Positions 1-14,949 of a DNA stretch of 64,000 nt are shown here, in pieces; position 1 is the first letter of the stretch, and each line of letters starts with the position of its first letter. The stretch is from Eledone cirrhosa (taxonomy: Eukaryota). The notes beneath the pieces are model-generated. The model was not told the DNA's origin, did no database searches, and saw only the letters and a program-made list of their open reading frames with translations. Location of the stretch: the NCBI GenBank assembly GCA_964016885.1, contig OZ024744.1, forward strand, positions 27,466,001 through 27,530,000, given 5' to 3'. The translations under genes were made by a program, and so were the position numbers.

Positions 1-329
1 GCAGTTCTCAGGGAAACACCGTGAAGCAATGTGTGGCATGGATGGCCCTTTTAAATACAAGTACACTATCATTTCTTTTCCAGGTGAGCAGACTAAAATA
101 ATATGAAATAGAAATAAATTGAACACTCAACCTTACAATCCTGATTCGAACACTCTAACCCTGTAGTCCCACATTTCTTCACACTACCCAGAATATGTAA
201 CAACATTGTAACATACCCAGCTGAAGATCAAGTGAGTTCAGGACTGCATTTGGGAGTCTTACGGTTAAGAAACAAAACGAAAAAGCAACAAAAATCAAAA
301 ATAAAAGATAGTTGGGTTGAGGAATGGAG

Positions 330-921
330 AGTAAAGACCCCCTTCGATCAGGAATGCCCATGGGGTATAGACTCGAGAGTTCCCCTCCGATGCACAAGTC
401 CGGGCACGGTTGTTTGAGAAAGACCAGCAGTCGCCCATGTATACCAGTCTCTCCCCTCTACACCACAGATGTTGTCCAAGGGAAAGGTAATGACTGATAC
501 AGCTTGACACTTGTGACGCCACAACGTTAATACACACTATATACACCATATATACACTATATATATACACTATATATATACACCATATATACACTATATA
601 TATGATGTTGCCCAAGGGAAAGGTAATGACTGATACAGCTTGACACTTGTGACGCCACAACGTTAATACACACTATATACACCATATATACACTATATAT
701 ATACACCATATATACACTATATACTATGTTGTCCAGGGAAAGGTAATGGCTGATACAGCTTGACACCAGTGACGTCACTACTCATTTCTACAGCTGAGTA
801 AACTGGAGCAACGTGAAATAAAGTGTCTAAAGAACATAATGCAGAGCCCGGTCAAAGATTCGAACTTACAACCTCACGATTATAAGCCCGAAGCTCTAAT
901 AACTGAGACATGGGCCTTCAC
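330..921 (-). mobile_element. tRNA-derived CORE-type SINE with an internal triplication
   Basis: Minus strand begins with a tRNA-like head (GTGAAGGCCCATGTCTCAGTT...GTAAGTTCGAATC, A/B-box-like), then a CORE-like segment (ACACTTTATTTCACGTTGCTCCAGTTTACTCAGCTGTAGAAATGAG). The body segment ATGTTGYCCA(A)GGGAAAGGTAATG recurs at ~468, 604 and 726. Confidence 0.7.
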
Positions 922-1118
922 TGGATAGAGGAATGCCCTAATAAAACCCAAGTGGCCGTTACCAGCTATGTACGGGTGGGTGGGGTAGTGTTAGCCTTTG
1001 TTTATATTTATTTATAGATATATATATTCGTTCTCTGTAATATATATCTCTTTCTATTCCCGAGTTTTAATTTGTTTCAAAATACTTTGTAGCTTTTCTT
1101 GCCCCACCCTATCTTTTT

Positions 1119-1292
<174 letters not shown>

Positions 1293-1559
1293 GATCCTGC
1301 AGGACAAAAACAAAACCTGTCAAAGGGCAAAGGAGCTCTTAAGAGTCAATAGCCATCCAAAATCACCGAGAGAGATGACCTCTTAGCCTTTGTCAAGGCA
1401 GAATTCTAGGAGAAGGAAAACTTTGATATAACACCTGCAACTCTGATGGTATCCAATGATGTTGACTTGTTCTTCTTTTTGGTAAATATCATCTTGGTTA
1501 AGAGAGTGGGACTGGCTTATAAAAGCTTCACGGCACAGGCATTGCTTTATATCTGGAGT

Positions 1560-1755
1560 TCTCACTGCACTTGTCGTCACATAGTACCATGGGCCCAGCA
1601 CTATGTGTCACTCATTGTCACAAGTGTAGTGTTTGTACCAGAGTTTTCAAGTCGCTGGCTGAACTAAAAAGTCACACTCGTTCAGCGCATCGGTAGGGGT
1701 TCTCCTACATGGATATAAAGTAGTGGCCGTACTCGAAAGCGAGTTGGCAGCCATC

Positions 1756-1757
<2 letters not shown>
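1560..1757 (+). mobile_element. 3' end of an RTE-clade LINE (terminal C2H2 finger and tail)
   Basis: 1619-1696 translates HKCSVCTRVFKSLAELKSHTRSAHR*, followed by the hairpin CTCGAAAGCGAG and GGCAGCCATCAT, as is typical of RTE/BovB-like 3' ends. Confidence 0.6.
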
Positions 1758-1808
<51 letters not shown>

Positions 1809-1809
1809 T

Positions 1810-2490
1810 GCTTTGGGAGGGTCATGTTGCCAATAATAAACACACGCACCAGTTGCTTTCACTTCAATTTATTATAAATTAAGTTAAATTTATATTTTTA
1901 AGAATTTATAAATTTCCGGTTGGTTAGTTGGTTCCACAACCAGACGATTGTTCGTATATTGTCAAAGTTCTTTCGTCACACATGCTGTGACCTCTTCAGT
2001 GACTGGGGATTCTTTTCTTTGTTTTTGTACCTCTCCTTTGTTCTGTCCTACGCCATCTTGTTTTTGTGTGTGTTGTGTGCTTAGTTTGCGCATGTGTTAC
2101 ATCCGGGTGTCTGTGTGTGTTTATATTTGTTTATTTATTTGTTTATTTACATGTTATTGGTTGGTTGTTTGTTCTATGTGTGTGTGTGTTTACATTTTGT
2201 CTTTAATTGTAAGTTATGATGTTGCTATTCCATTCATGTTTTCTATTTAATTTTGGTTGGAGTTCATTTATGTTTATTGCCTCTGTGATTTGTCTAAACA
2301 TTGCGTCTTTTCTGTGTGGAGTTTCTATTTTTATTTCTATGTTCTCTAATTTACCCTTATGTTCTATTTTAACATGTTGGTGGAGTACAGATGATTCTTT
2401 ACTATCTTGAAGCTCTCGCCAGTGTTCATTTATCTGTTTTCCTATACTACGAGCTGTCTCACCTATGTACACTATATTCTTATCTCTACA
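1810..2490 (-). mobile_element. 5'-truncated Penelope-like element: GIY-YIG C-terminus plus pLTR
   Basis: ORF 2203-2472 reads YIGETARS...EH...H...EAINI...PKLNRKHEW (GIY-YIG). An HHR lies downstream at 1961-2003. The terminal motif GGGAGGGTCATGYTG also occurs at ~6556, 10948 and 40785. Confidence 0.85.
1961..2003 (-). ncRNA. minimal type I hammerhead ribozyme
   Basis: RNA: GUCA CUGAAGA G GUCACA GCAUG UGUGAC GAAA GAACUU UGAC; stem I GUCA/UGAC, 6-bp stem II, both core boxes present. Confidence 0.75.
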
Positions 2491-2503
2491 TAGTATATAT
2501 ATA

Positions 2504-2733
2504 TTTAAAGGTTAAACAAGGTTCAATGAATAAATCAAAGAATGAGTTTTACCTCTGAAATATGTATACTGAATCTTAACCATCTACTAAGTCAGGGTAT
2601 GTCATGCATCATCTTATTTTATCTGATGTGGATGTACTGTTGAAGATAGCTCAGTACCTCTGAAATATGTATAATAAAATATACTTGATCACACGAATGT
2701 CTATTTTGTTAATATTTTGAAATATTTTGAATT
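2504..2733 (+). mobile_element. ~230-bp non-coding HHR-bearing unit (solo pLTR/retrozyme-like), copy 1
   Basis: Flanked by (TA)n and closely similar to 11270-11493. HHR at 2615-2681 (UAUUUUAU CUGAUGU...GAAA UAUGUAUA AUAAAAUA) with core A9 mutated. Confidence 0.75.
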
Positions 2734-3224
2734 ATATATATATATATATAACGAAGGAGGTGTGGTAAGGAACCAGATGGACCATAACGCACCAGAGTAC
2801 TCAATACTTAGGGTAGTAGAGTGGGTTATAGGAAAATGTTTAACACCGACGGCAGAGCTCACATATATATATATACACATCATGCAGTTATAACTGTATA
2901 TATATGTTCACATGTCCTGTAAATAAAACTGTGTGAGTATATATATATACACGTCTTGTATATATAACTATTGGCGTATATATACATGTCTTGTATGTAT
3001 AACAATGCGTGTATATATACACAAGCCTTGAATGTATAACTATGTGCGTGTAAATTAATTAAAAACATGTCTTGTATACACACGTCTTGTAGATACAACT
3101 GTGTATATATAAACGCATCATGTGGATATATCACACCAAGTGTATATAGATATGTGTATATACACATTGTATTACGTCATTTGATGAATAAATGGGGCCT
3201 TGAGTGACGAGTTTTATTTATTGT

Positions 3225-3225
<1 letters not shown>

Positions 3226-3279
<54 letters not shown>

Positions 3280-3313
3280 CAGGAGCAGCAGCAGCAGTAG
3301 CAGCAGTAGCAGC

Positions 3314-3355
<42 letters not shown>

Positions 3356-3361
3356 CGTAGT

Positions 3362-3444
<83 letters not shown>

Positions 3445-3568
3445 GTAGTAGTGGTAGAGGTAGTAGTAGTAGTAGTAATAGTAGTAGTAGTAGTAGTAGT
3501 AGTAGTAGCGGTAGTAGTAGTAGTAGTTGTAGTAGTAGTAGTGGTAGCGGTAGTAGTGGTAGTAGTTG
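3226..3568. repeat. (AGT)n/(AGC)n microsatellite
   Basis: Read directly. Confidence 0.97.
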
Positions 3569-3724
3569 TACGGTGGGCTACATATACTTCGCCGTTACGT
3601 AAGCTGCGGTCAGAAGTGCAGCTAATGTAATATTTTAAGTATTTGCTGCTGTAGTGCACGTTTGTTATGCATCTTATTTCAGAAAAGAGCCATCGGTTTT
3701 AGCTGAGAAATTGTTTAGATAATC

Positions 3725-3930
3725 TTTTTCTTCGTCACCCATTTATTCCTGGGTGGGTCATGTGACCACAGTCCTCAATTAATCCTACCAGCGGGTCCTG
3801 TCAAGGGCAACCATTTCCAACTGATCCCACTGGATCCTTAAGCGTGACCAACCGAGCTTATGGGTGTTATCCAACCAGCTCGCTCGGGGTTTACCCCTGG
3901 TATTCTTGCCGGCTGGTTTTGCCCATAAAA
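3725..3930 (-). mobile_element. decayed 3' end of an RTE-like LINE
   Basis: Minus strand translates ...TRGKPRASWLDN...W...VALDRTRW, the R-G-x-P-R-x-x-W-x-D / A-x-D-R-x-x-W C-terminal pattern of RTE ORFs, and ends in GAAGAA. Confidence 0.55.
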
Positions 3931-4099
3931 TCTTATTTAATAATATTTAGACACTAAAATTAATTTCACAGGGGAGTAAAGTGTTGCTTGAAGGGAGAAT
4001 GACAGGAGGAAATGCTAAGAAGGGGATGAAAGCTATAGAAGGAATATGTGGAAAACTATAGGGTTCATCTTTGGGTTCAGTATCTGTAATACATATTGA

Positions 4100-4322
4100 T
4101 TTCTAATTGAGGCACAGGGCCAGCAATTTGAGGGGGGGAGTGGCTGACAAAATTGATTCAATGACTCCCAGCCCCAGTACTTGACTGGCACTTTATTTTA
4201 TCGACCCAGGAAAGGCTGAAAGGTAAATTTGACCGGGGTTGGATTCGAAATTCACAATGTAATGAGCAAGAACAAATGCCACAATTTTATTATTTACGAC
4301 GCTCTACCAATTCTGTCAATGA
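4100..4322 (-). mobile_element. diverged Meta-domain tRNA SINE
   Basis: Contains TTTATTTTATCGACCCAGGAAAGGCTGAAAGG, the reverse of the CCTTTCATCC...GGGTCGATAAAATAAAG core seen in the 16808 and 59572 copies. Confidence 0.65.
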
Positions 4323-4484
4323 ATTATCCCTGTCTGTGGTAAATAGTTGTAACAGGAAAACAAACAGCGAAGCTGTCACCACGTTTGATTATGGTAGCAG
4401 CCATAACAATATTAAGGGTTTCTTTATTAACCACAAAAGGTCTACATCAAGAAAACATTATGACAGTACAGGATGAAAACATAG

Positions 4485-4710
4485 AGTGTGTGTATGTGTG
4501 TTTGCGTGTGTTTATGTGTGTGTGTTTGTTTGTGTGTGAGTGTGTGTATTTGTGTGTGTGTGTATTTGTGTGTGTGTGCATGTGTGTGTGTCTGTGAGTG
4601 TGTGCATGTGTGTGTGTCTGTGTGTGTTATTGTGTGTGTGTGTTTGTGTGTGTTTGTGTGTGTGTGTGTGTGCATGTGTGTGTGTTTGTGTGTGTGCATT
4701 TGTGTGTGGG
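4485..4710. repeat. degenerate (TG)n microsatellite
   Basis: Read directly. Confidence 0.95.
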
Positions 4711-4789
4711 AATTGCGTGTAATCAAATTTTATCAATGTTAGAACAAAAATGTGGCCATGGCAAAAGTGGTTGTATGGAGAACACATTT

Positions 4790-4952
4790 AAAGATTTGAA
4801 GACGAGCACTTTCCTTTTTTGAGAAGTCGTGATTAACTTCTTCAGGTTCCGCTTGAGGAGTAAAATCAGGATAGAGAGAGAAGTGCTGCCTTCAAAGCAA
4901 ATTGTTGAAAGGTGAGTGAGAGAAGCGAGCATGGCCCGAGTGAATGGGCCAA
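4790..4952 (+). mobile_element. isolated Tx1 LINE ORF2 3' fragment
   Basis: Matches 41630-41785 and 62660-62815 (AAAATCAGGRTAGAGAG...ATGGCCCGAGTGAATGGGCC). Confidence 0.75.
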
Positions 4953-5679
4953 CAAAATCATACACAACATTTATAATTTATACTATCACCATCACTGACC
5001 GGAAGTGTTAAAATTCGTGAAAATGTAGCAATAACAATTACGGCATTCACACCAGTTACGTTTCTACCAGAACTCCTCCATTAACACAACTGACAACTTC
5101 ACCATCATCATTGCCTCCAACTTAAAAAGAAAGACAATGTCGTTTGCTAAAGCCACACTATCGTGGCTGGAACAAAGACGCAGAGCACAATTTTTTCATT
5201 TCCCGACCTTACATTATTGCAATGCCAGAGGCAAATGAGAGATGATACCCGAAGAATAACCCCATAATGATATTTCAACGGAGAAAGCAGAAATGTTGAA
5301 ATCATCATCGTCATCATTTAACGTCTGCTTTCTCTGCTAGCAAGGGTTCGGCGAGTCTATATAGACCAAGTCAGTACTGAAGCGGGGCTACTTATATCCC
5401 AGACAGGCCAGGGAAGTCTGTATTCACACTTATGTACAGTGATTATCGAGTGCAGATAAGAAGGTGTGTCTTTTGACACAAACTGAAAGATCCTCCTAAC
5501 CCCTCGTTTGGCAAGCTTTCTACGGCTGTATGCCCTTCCTAACACCAACCACTTTACAGTGTCTACTTAGGGCTTTTATTGGTTTTTATAGTTTCACAAA
5601 TTTTTCCCAATAGAGAGAGAGTCGGTTTCTAACATAGACACGAGACTCTCTCATTGGAATTTAGACATCAACTAGGTAG

Positions 5680-6812
<1,133 letters not shown>

Positions 6813-6819
6813 TCAGGCT

Positions 6820-7175
6820 TGTGAATATTAATTAAGTTTAAAGTCAGTGTTTTTTAGTAAGAATATCCTCACTGTTCCATAAGTGCTATCTCTGTGCCCG
6901 ATTGTAATCCATCTATAGCTGTATAGTGAGGGAATGGCAACGACTCTTGTGTCACAGAAGAATGGGGTGGACGGGCAGGGGCCGACTAGGGTGTGGTGGT
7001 AATGTGCTGGCGAACCACCATCGCAAACGCATTCCCGTCACCCCCGCTGCAACGGCCAACCCACTTCGCGGGCCAACCCTCAGACGGATCACGGATGTTC
7101 CCGATCTTGTGTCCAAGCACGCCTGAGGTCTCCACTGTGACCGGTGTGAAGAGGAAGTGGCCGGACAATCCCCGG
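6820..7175 (-). mobile_element. 3' remnant of a restriction-like-endonuclease LINE (CRE-like)
   Basis: ORF 6986-7168(-) HFLFTPVTVETSGVLG...GNAFAMV resembles the F-x-P-x-x-V-E-T-x-G...R-G-N-A C-terminus of CRE-clade ORFs. Confidence 0.55.
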
Positions 7176-7199
7176 GATTTGTTGTTATATATTATTGTG

Positions 7200-8398
7200 A
7201 TGGATGTGATGGTGGTGGTGGTGGTGGTGGTGGTAGTGGTGGTGGTGGTGGTGGTGGTAGTGGTGGTGGTAGCGGTGGCGGTGGTGGTGGTAGTGGTGGT
7301 GGTGGTGGTGGTGGTGGTGGTGGTGGTGGTGGTGGTGGTGGTGGTGGTGGCGGTTGTGGTGGTTGTTTGTGGTGGTTGTTTGTGGTGGTGGTGGTGGTTG
7401 TTGTTTGTGGTGTGGTGGTGGTGTTGTTGTTGATGGTGGTGGTGGTGGTGTTGTTGATGGTAGTAGTTGTGATGGTGGTGGTGGTGGTGGTGGTGGTACT
7501 GGTGGTGGTGGTGTTTTTTTGTGGTGGTGGTTGTGGTGGTGGTGGTGGTGGTTGTTGTTTGTGGTGGTGGTGGTGGTGGTGGTGTTGTTGATTTGTGGTG
7601 GTGGCGGTGGTGGTGGTGGTTATTTGTGGTGGTGGTGGTGGTTGTTGTTTGTGGTGGTGGTGGTGGTGTTGTTGTTAGTAGTGGTGTTGTCGATGGTGGT
7701 GGTGGTGATGGTGGTGGTGGTAGTGCTGTTGGTGATTGTGCTGGTGTTGGTGATGGTGGTGGTGGTGTTGGTGGTGGTGTTGTTGATGGTGGTTGTCGTG
7801 GTGGTGGTGGTGTTGGTGGTGGTGGTGGTGTTGTTGATGGTGGTGGTGGTGTTGGTGGTGGTAGTGTTGTTGATGTTGGTGTTGTTGGTGGTGTTGTTGT
7901 TGGTGTTGTTGTTGTTGTTGGCGGTGTTGTAGTTGGTGGTGGTGGTGGTGTTGGTGGTGGTGTTGTTGTTGGTAGTGGTGGTGGTGGTGGTGTTGGTGGT
8001 GGTGTTGTTGTTGGTAGTGGTGGTGGTGGTGTTGTTGGTGGTGGTGGTGTTGTTGCTTGTTGGTGGTGGTGTTGTTGTTGGTGGTGGTAGTGTTGTTGTT
8101 GGTGGTGGTGGTGTTGTTGCTTGTTGTTGTTGGTGTTTTGGTTGTTGTTGTTGGCGGTGTTGTAGTTGTTGGTGGTGGTGTTATTGTTGGTGGTGGTGGT
8201 GTTGTTCCTTGTTGGTGGTGGTGTTGTTGTTGGTGGCGGTAGTGTTGTTGTTGATGGTGGTGGTATTGTTGCTTGTTGTTGGTGGTGGTGGAGTTGCTGT
8301 TGTTGTTGGTGTCGTTGTTATTGTTGTTGTTGTTGGTGGTGGTGCTGTTGTTGTTTGTGGTGGTATTGTTGTGGATCGTGGTGGTAGTGGTGGTGGTG
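7200..8398. repeat. ~1.2 kb degenerate (GGT)n/(GTT)n tract
   Basis: Read directly; it grades from GGT-rich to GTT-rich. Confidence 0.97.
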
Positions 8399-8494
8399 TA
8401 TTTTTTATTTATTCATTATCAGTGGTAGAGAGGGGGGCGTTATTTTACTATGTCGCTGGTTGCAAATATTTTTCTTCCATAACTAATCTATTGC

Positions 8495-8850
8495 AATCTC
8501 TCATCACCCTCTCTCACACTTTCTCTCTTACACACACACACTCACTCTCTCTCACACACACACACTCTATCTCTCTCTCTCTCTCATACACACTCTCCTC
8601 TTCCATAAACTCTCTCTTCTATCCTTCTAACTGTCTTTCTCTATCTGCCTTTCACTCCCTCTCCCTCCTCCTCTCTCTCTCTCTTACACACACACACACT
8701 ATCTCCCTCTCACACACACTCTCCCTCATACACTGTCTCCTATCTCATACACTCTCTCCTCTTCCATACACGCTCTCTTCTATCCTTCTAACTGTCTTTC
8801 GCTTTCTGCCTTTCACCAACCCCCCCTCTCTCTCTCACACACACACTTCA
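8495..8850. repeat. (CT)/(CA) low-complexity region with an internal ~165-bp duplication
   Basis: The segment CTCTCCTCTTCCATA...CTATCCTTCTAACTGTCTTTC occurs at ~8593 and ~8753. Confidence 0.7.
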
Positions 8851-9017
8851 CTCGTAAACATTCATATATATCGTTGCACACCCAACCCGTCCTTATCTCT
8901 TAGTTTTCTCTCCTCTCACGTATACAAGCTTTCTCATGCCATTTATTTTATATAACGCCCAGGAAATAAGGACACCAAATGAGTACTTGTGCATTTTTAT
9001 GTGTGCACACACAAACA

Positions 9018-9577
<560 letters not shown>

Positions 9578-9811
9578 TAAATGTAATGAATAAAACAAAG
9601 AAACAGTTCCTTATATTAAAAAATTTCATCATTTTACGATCGTTTCTAGGATATATATGTGTGTGTTGGTATGTATATCATATAGATCTATGTAAAATGT
9701 TTACAAACTATCAGAGGGAATATACATACCTACACATATTTATGCTGTCTTCAGAAATAATTGAGTTCTTCATACGGATTGGACACTACCGTATATTTTG
9801 GTAGATTTATC

Positions 9812-9874
<63 letters not shown>

Positions 9875-10050
9875 CGAAGGAAATGTGGTAAGGAACCAGG
9901 TGGACCATAGCGCACCAAAGTACTCAATACTTGAGGTAGTAGAGTGGGTAAGTATAATGCTCGGTTTGTTGTGTAAACAAACATCCCGAATTAAGCCGTA
10001 CAGTGTTTAGCAACCATCGTTGCCCTTTTGTTCAACACTGACAAAGGAAT

Positions 10051-10089
10051 GATGTACTAGTTTCAAGCTTATTAGTTATCGTCAGCACC
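10051..10089 (-). ncRNA. minimal hammerhead ribozyme
   Basis: GGUG CUGACGA UAACUAAUAAGCUU GAAA CUAG UA CAUC; palindromic CUAG after GAAA, weak stem II. Confidence 0.65.
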
Positions 10090-10476
10090 GTATACCTTCC
10101 TGCCAGATTGAACGTCTGAAAGTATATACTTTCCCTAAGCATATTAACGGCTGAGCAGCCCAATTTGCATATCAAGTGAGTTAATCGGCCGGGTGCACCG
10201 AAAACGATAAACGGAAAAAATGAAACGAAATTTCATTTCTCACTCTTAGTACGGCTGTTACTTAAATATAAGTATGTATACGTACATATATGTATACAGA
10301 CGTACAGTAGTATGTATATATATATATATACATGCACACATATATATATATGTACGTATATATATGTACATATATATGTACGTATAATTCGGGATGTTTG
10401 TTTACAAACAAACCGAGCATTATAATTTCGTGAGAAATGAAATTTCGTTTCATTTTTTCCATTTATATATATAAAG

Positions 10477-10507
<31 letters not shown>

Positions 10508-10806
10508 CATACATACATATACGTGTTTTGCAACGAGTCACTTTGTGGCTCAATGAAAAGTTAATAAGTTAAACAATCAGAGCCATATATTATAAGTTGG
10601 AGATTTCTTCATAGAAGCCTTATTCTTATAGCTTGGTCTATTCGATTTTTTATATAGTTAATTATATATATATATATGTAGGAGGTGAGTTTTATTGCAG
10701 TACAATAGAGCAATGCAGATATCGGATAAGTAGCACTCTACAGTTTGTAGGACTGGAGTATAAATAATAATATATAAGATCAAAAGATGGTTAAAAGAGT
10801 TCCATG

Positions 10807-10877
10807 TATTTTATTATGCGCATTTCAAAAACAAATATCATCATGCAATAACATTTGCGTTTTCGTCAGATAAAATA
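10807..10877 (-). ncRNA. type I hammerhead ribozyme with canonical core
   Basis: UAUUUUAU CUGACGA AAACGCAAAUGUUAUUGCAUGAUGAUAUUUGUUUUU GAAA UGCGCA UA AUAAAAUA; 8-bp stem I, long stem II, palindromic UGCGCA stem/loop III. Confidence 0.88.
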
Positions 10878-10945
10878 GAGAGACATGATATGAAGGTTAA
10901 AACACACTTGTGAATAGTGCAGTTTTAAATCAACATATCAACATA

Positions 10946-11190
10946 TGGGAGGGTCATGCTGCCAATAAAAATACATGCACCTGGGGATTTCCCTTCAATT
11001 TATTATTATAATTTCTCACTCGGTTATTTTACAAACCAGATAGTTGTTTAGTTGTTGATTGTCAAACCTATTTCGTCACACTTTCTGTGACCATCTCAGT
11101 GATTAATTCTTATTTTGTGTCTCTCCATTGTTCTGCCCATACCATATTTTGTTGTGAGCTGAGTCTTACGAAACCAACTAGGAGTTTATA
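10946..11190 (-). mobile_element. solo pLTR related to 1810-2200, with a degenerate HHR (11061-11103)
   Basis: Shares GGGAGGGTCATG..CCAATAA and TTTCGTCACA...TGTGAC with the 1810 element; the core reads CUGAGAUG (damaged). Confidence 0.65.
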
Positions 11191-11203
11191 ATAAATTGAA
11201 GTG

Positions 11204-11269
<66 letters not shown>

Positions 11270-11273
<4 letters not shown>

Positions 11274-11493
11274 AAGGTTAAACAAGGTTCAATGAATAAA
11301 TCAGAGAATGAGTTTTACAATAGATTGAGTTTTAAAATAAATGAGTTTTTCAATAGATAGTCAGGTATGTCATGCATCATCTTATTTTATCTGATGAGGA
11401 CGTACTGTTGAAGATAGCTCAGTACCTCTGAAATATGTATAGTAATATATACTTGATCACACTAATGTCTATTTTTGTTAATACTTTGAATTA
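11270..11493 (+). mobile_element. ~225-bp non-coding HHR-bearing unit, copy 2
   Basis: Homologous to 2504-2733 and flanked by (TA)n. Intact HHR core at 11383-11449 (CUGAUGA GGACGUACUG..CAGUACCUCU GAAA UAUGUAUA). Confidence 0.8.
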
Positions 11494-11500
11494 ATATATA

Positions 11501-13717
11501 TATAACAGGACACTGGGTTGTATGTACAATATTTATTTACGAAGATTGAGCTGAGTAGAGCTGAACAGTTGACATGCCAAGAGAGATGAAAGAACGAATT
11601 AAGGAATTCAGAAGGCACGGTCTACTGGCGGAGATGTTGCCAGGCCGTGGTTAAGTTGTGTTACATGTTGGCTAGTGATTTCACGATGAAAGAAAGTTAG
11701 TTGTTTACCTTTTCACAGTCAGCAAGCGAGAGGGTATATCTTCGGCGGAACGCGCCTGGCCGAAGGCCAGGAGCCAAATGGTGAAAAGAGAGGGAGTTAG
11801 CTCAACTCTCTCCTTTATAGTTCCCTGGACGGAAGTCACAAAGAAGGTTCTGGAACCTCAACGGGAAGTAACTCCAGCTACTTCCTGTCTAGAGAGCGCT
11901 ACAGGACTTCCCTCCCAGACGAGAAGTCGAATGACCAAATGAAATCATTGTAGCGAGAACACGCGGAGCAAGGCAAAATGTACAAGAACATGAATGCACA
12001 AAACATGAGCAAGCAAATAGCAAAATGAGCATGCACAAATTAATTATAGATATCAAGGTAGCCAACCGCTCTTGGCCAGAGAACGACTGGACATCTATCT
12101 ATCCATCACACAAAGATACAATGTAATCAACCTAAAAGAAGAGGTCAAAGGAGCAAAGAAACGTGCTCGAACATAGTTATTAAAAAAAAGTTCAAATGTT
12201 CAAAAATAAAGTTAACAGGTATGTAAGCACATGTCAGCAGAAAAGAGAGTGTGTCTTCCAGAGAATGTATGCAGGTGGTTTCTGGACTGTGGTACAACGT
12301 GAAATTCCCAACCTCCGAAGGCGGTGGGATTTTATCACAGGAAGAGTGCTGCAAAAATAAATTCTCTGTTCTGTTCTGCTGGTTTTGGTTGTTGATAAAG
12401 CAAAGATGAAGCTGTGTTGCTGTTGTCTCGCGGAGTAAGATTCGATGTTGTTTCAATTCACAGTAAAAAGTTTCCCTGAAAAAAATGAGTTGCGCAAATG
12501 CTAGAAATAACAGCCAAAGTTGATGGTCGATGTTGAGAACGCGTTGACCTGCTTGGGTCAAGAGGCCAGCGTCCTCTGAATAAATGCGCTGTTTTCAACG
12601 GAAAATTTACGTGGTAATTTTTTAAACCGGCAAATAAGCTTAAGGCTGGAGAATCCTTGGCAAGAAACATTATCTATGGCGTGTGTTATCTCAGTGAGTC
12701 GAGATGTGTGCTCCCACACACGTGCCGAAACAAGGTTAAAGTCAAGTTGAATAAAAAACATATTTCTATTGCGCGAGAAAATAGCGCGAAAATGATAGTG
12801 GAACAGGTCGTTGGTAGCCATTTTGAAAAATTTGGGTGTGAACGTGACAATATGATGAAAAAGAAGGAAAGGGTATATTCACTTTGTATAACGAATATGG
12901 CGAGAGTTCAATTTTTTTGTGAAATTGATGAAAAAGTAGCGAAAATGGATTAGTTGAATGAGTAAGCGAGCTGTGATGTTCATCAAAATTGACATGTTGA
13001 ATATAAGAATACAGGAGTCCAAGTCTTTTTTTGAGTATTCGTTGTGAGAAGAACGAAGGATATATCCAGTGAGTAAAACACATTTAAACGATGTAAACAC
13101 GTGAGGTGAAGAGCAAAATTTTTTCTTGTTTGTTTGCTGCTGAGAAAAAGATTAACTCTATTTTTCGTTGTAGACAGGATTTGTCGGTAGCCATTCTGAA
13201 ATGTCCTCGTGTTCGTTGATATAAAAAACTTTTTTTTTTTTTTTTTAAATACTGGTAATTAATTTTCTTTTTTCCATATTCACACAACATTATTTTTTTC
13301 TCGGAGTCACCACTTATAACAACATACTGGGTTGTATGTACAATATTCATTTACGAAGATTGAGCTGAGTAGAGCTGAATAGTTGACATGCCAAGAGAGA
13401 TGAAAGAACGAATTAAGGAATTCAGGAGGCACGGTCTACTGGCGGAGATGTTGCCAGGCCGTGGTTAAGTTGTTGTATTACATGTTGGCTAGTGATTTCA
13501 CGATGAAAGAAAGTTAGTTGTTTACCTTTCACAGTCAGGAAGCGAGAGAGTATACTTTCTGCGGAACGCGCCTGGCCGAAGGCCAGGAGCCAAATGGTGA
13601 AAAGATAGGGAGATAGCTTTCAGTTATCTCCTTTATAGTTCCCTGGACGGAAGTCACAAAGAAGGTTCTGGAACCTCAACGTGAAGTAACTGCAGCTACT
13701 TCCTGTCTAGAATGCGC

Positions 13718-13721
<4 letters not shown>
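11501..13721 (-). mobile_element. non-autonomous LTR retrotransposon (probably Gypsy-like)
   Basis: ~400-bp direct repeats at 11501-11903 and 13315-13721 begin TGTAGCGC on minus. A PBS-like TGGTGACTCCGAG (13300-13312) lies just inside the 5' LTR and a polypurine GGGAGGGAAG (11907-11916) precedes the 3' LTR. No pol motifs inside; flanked by TA repeats. Confidence 0.85.
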
Positions 13722-14924
<1,203 letters not shown>

Positions 14925-14949
14925 CGTGTATATATATATATATATATAG

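Noticed and set aside
468-790. Repeat-spacer pattern as a CRISPR array
   Set aside because: Eukaryotic context; the spacers are near-identical low-complexity sequence and there are no cas genes.
1619-1696. C2H2 zinc finger as a host zinc-finger gene exon
   Set aside because: It is a single finger followed by a stop and an RTE-type 3' hairpin and tail, which is better explained as a LINE end.
5300-5580. Possible exon between repeat remnants
   Set aside because: The flanks look like an old SINE/LINE tail; no recognisable domain or supported splice pattern.
7157-8090. Gly-rich ORF resembling a cuticle or shell protein
   Set aside because: Open in several frames because GGT/GTT repeats lack stops; no signal peptide or exon structure.
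12145-13350. ORFs inside the LTR element as real genes
   Set aside because: They are short, with no convincing gag, protease, RT or integrase motifs.
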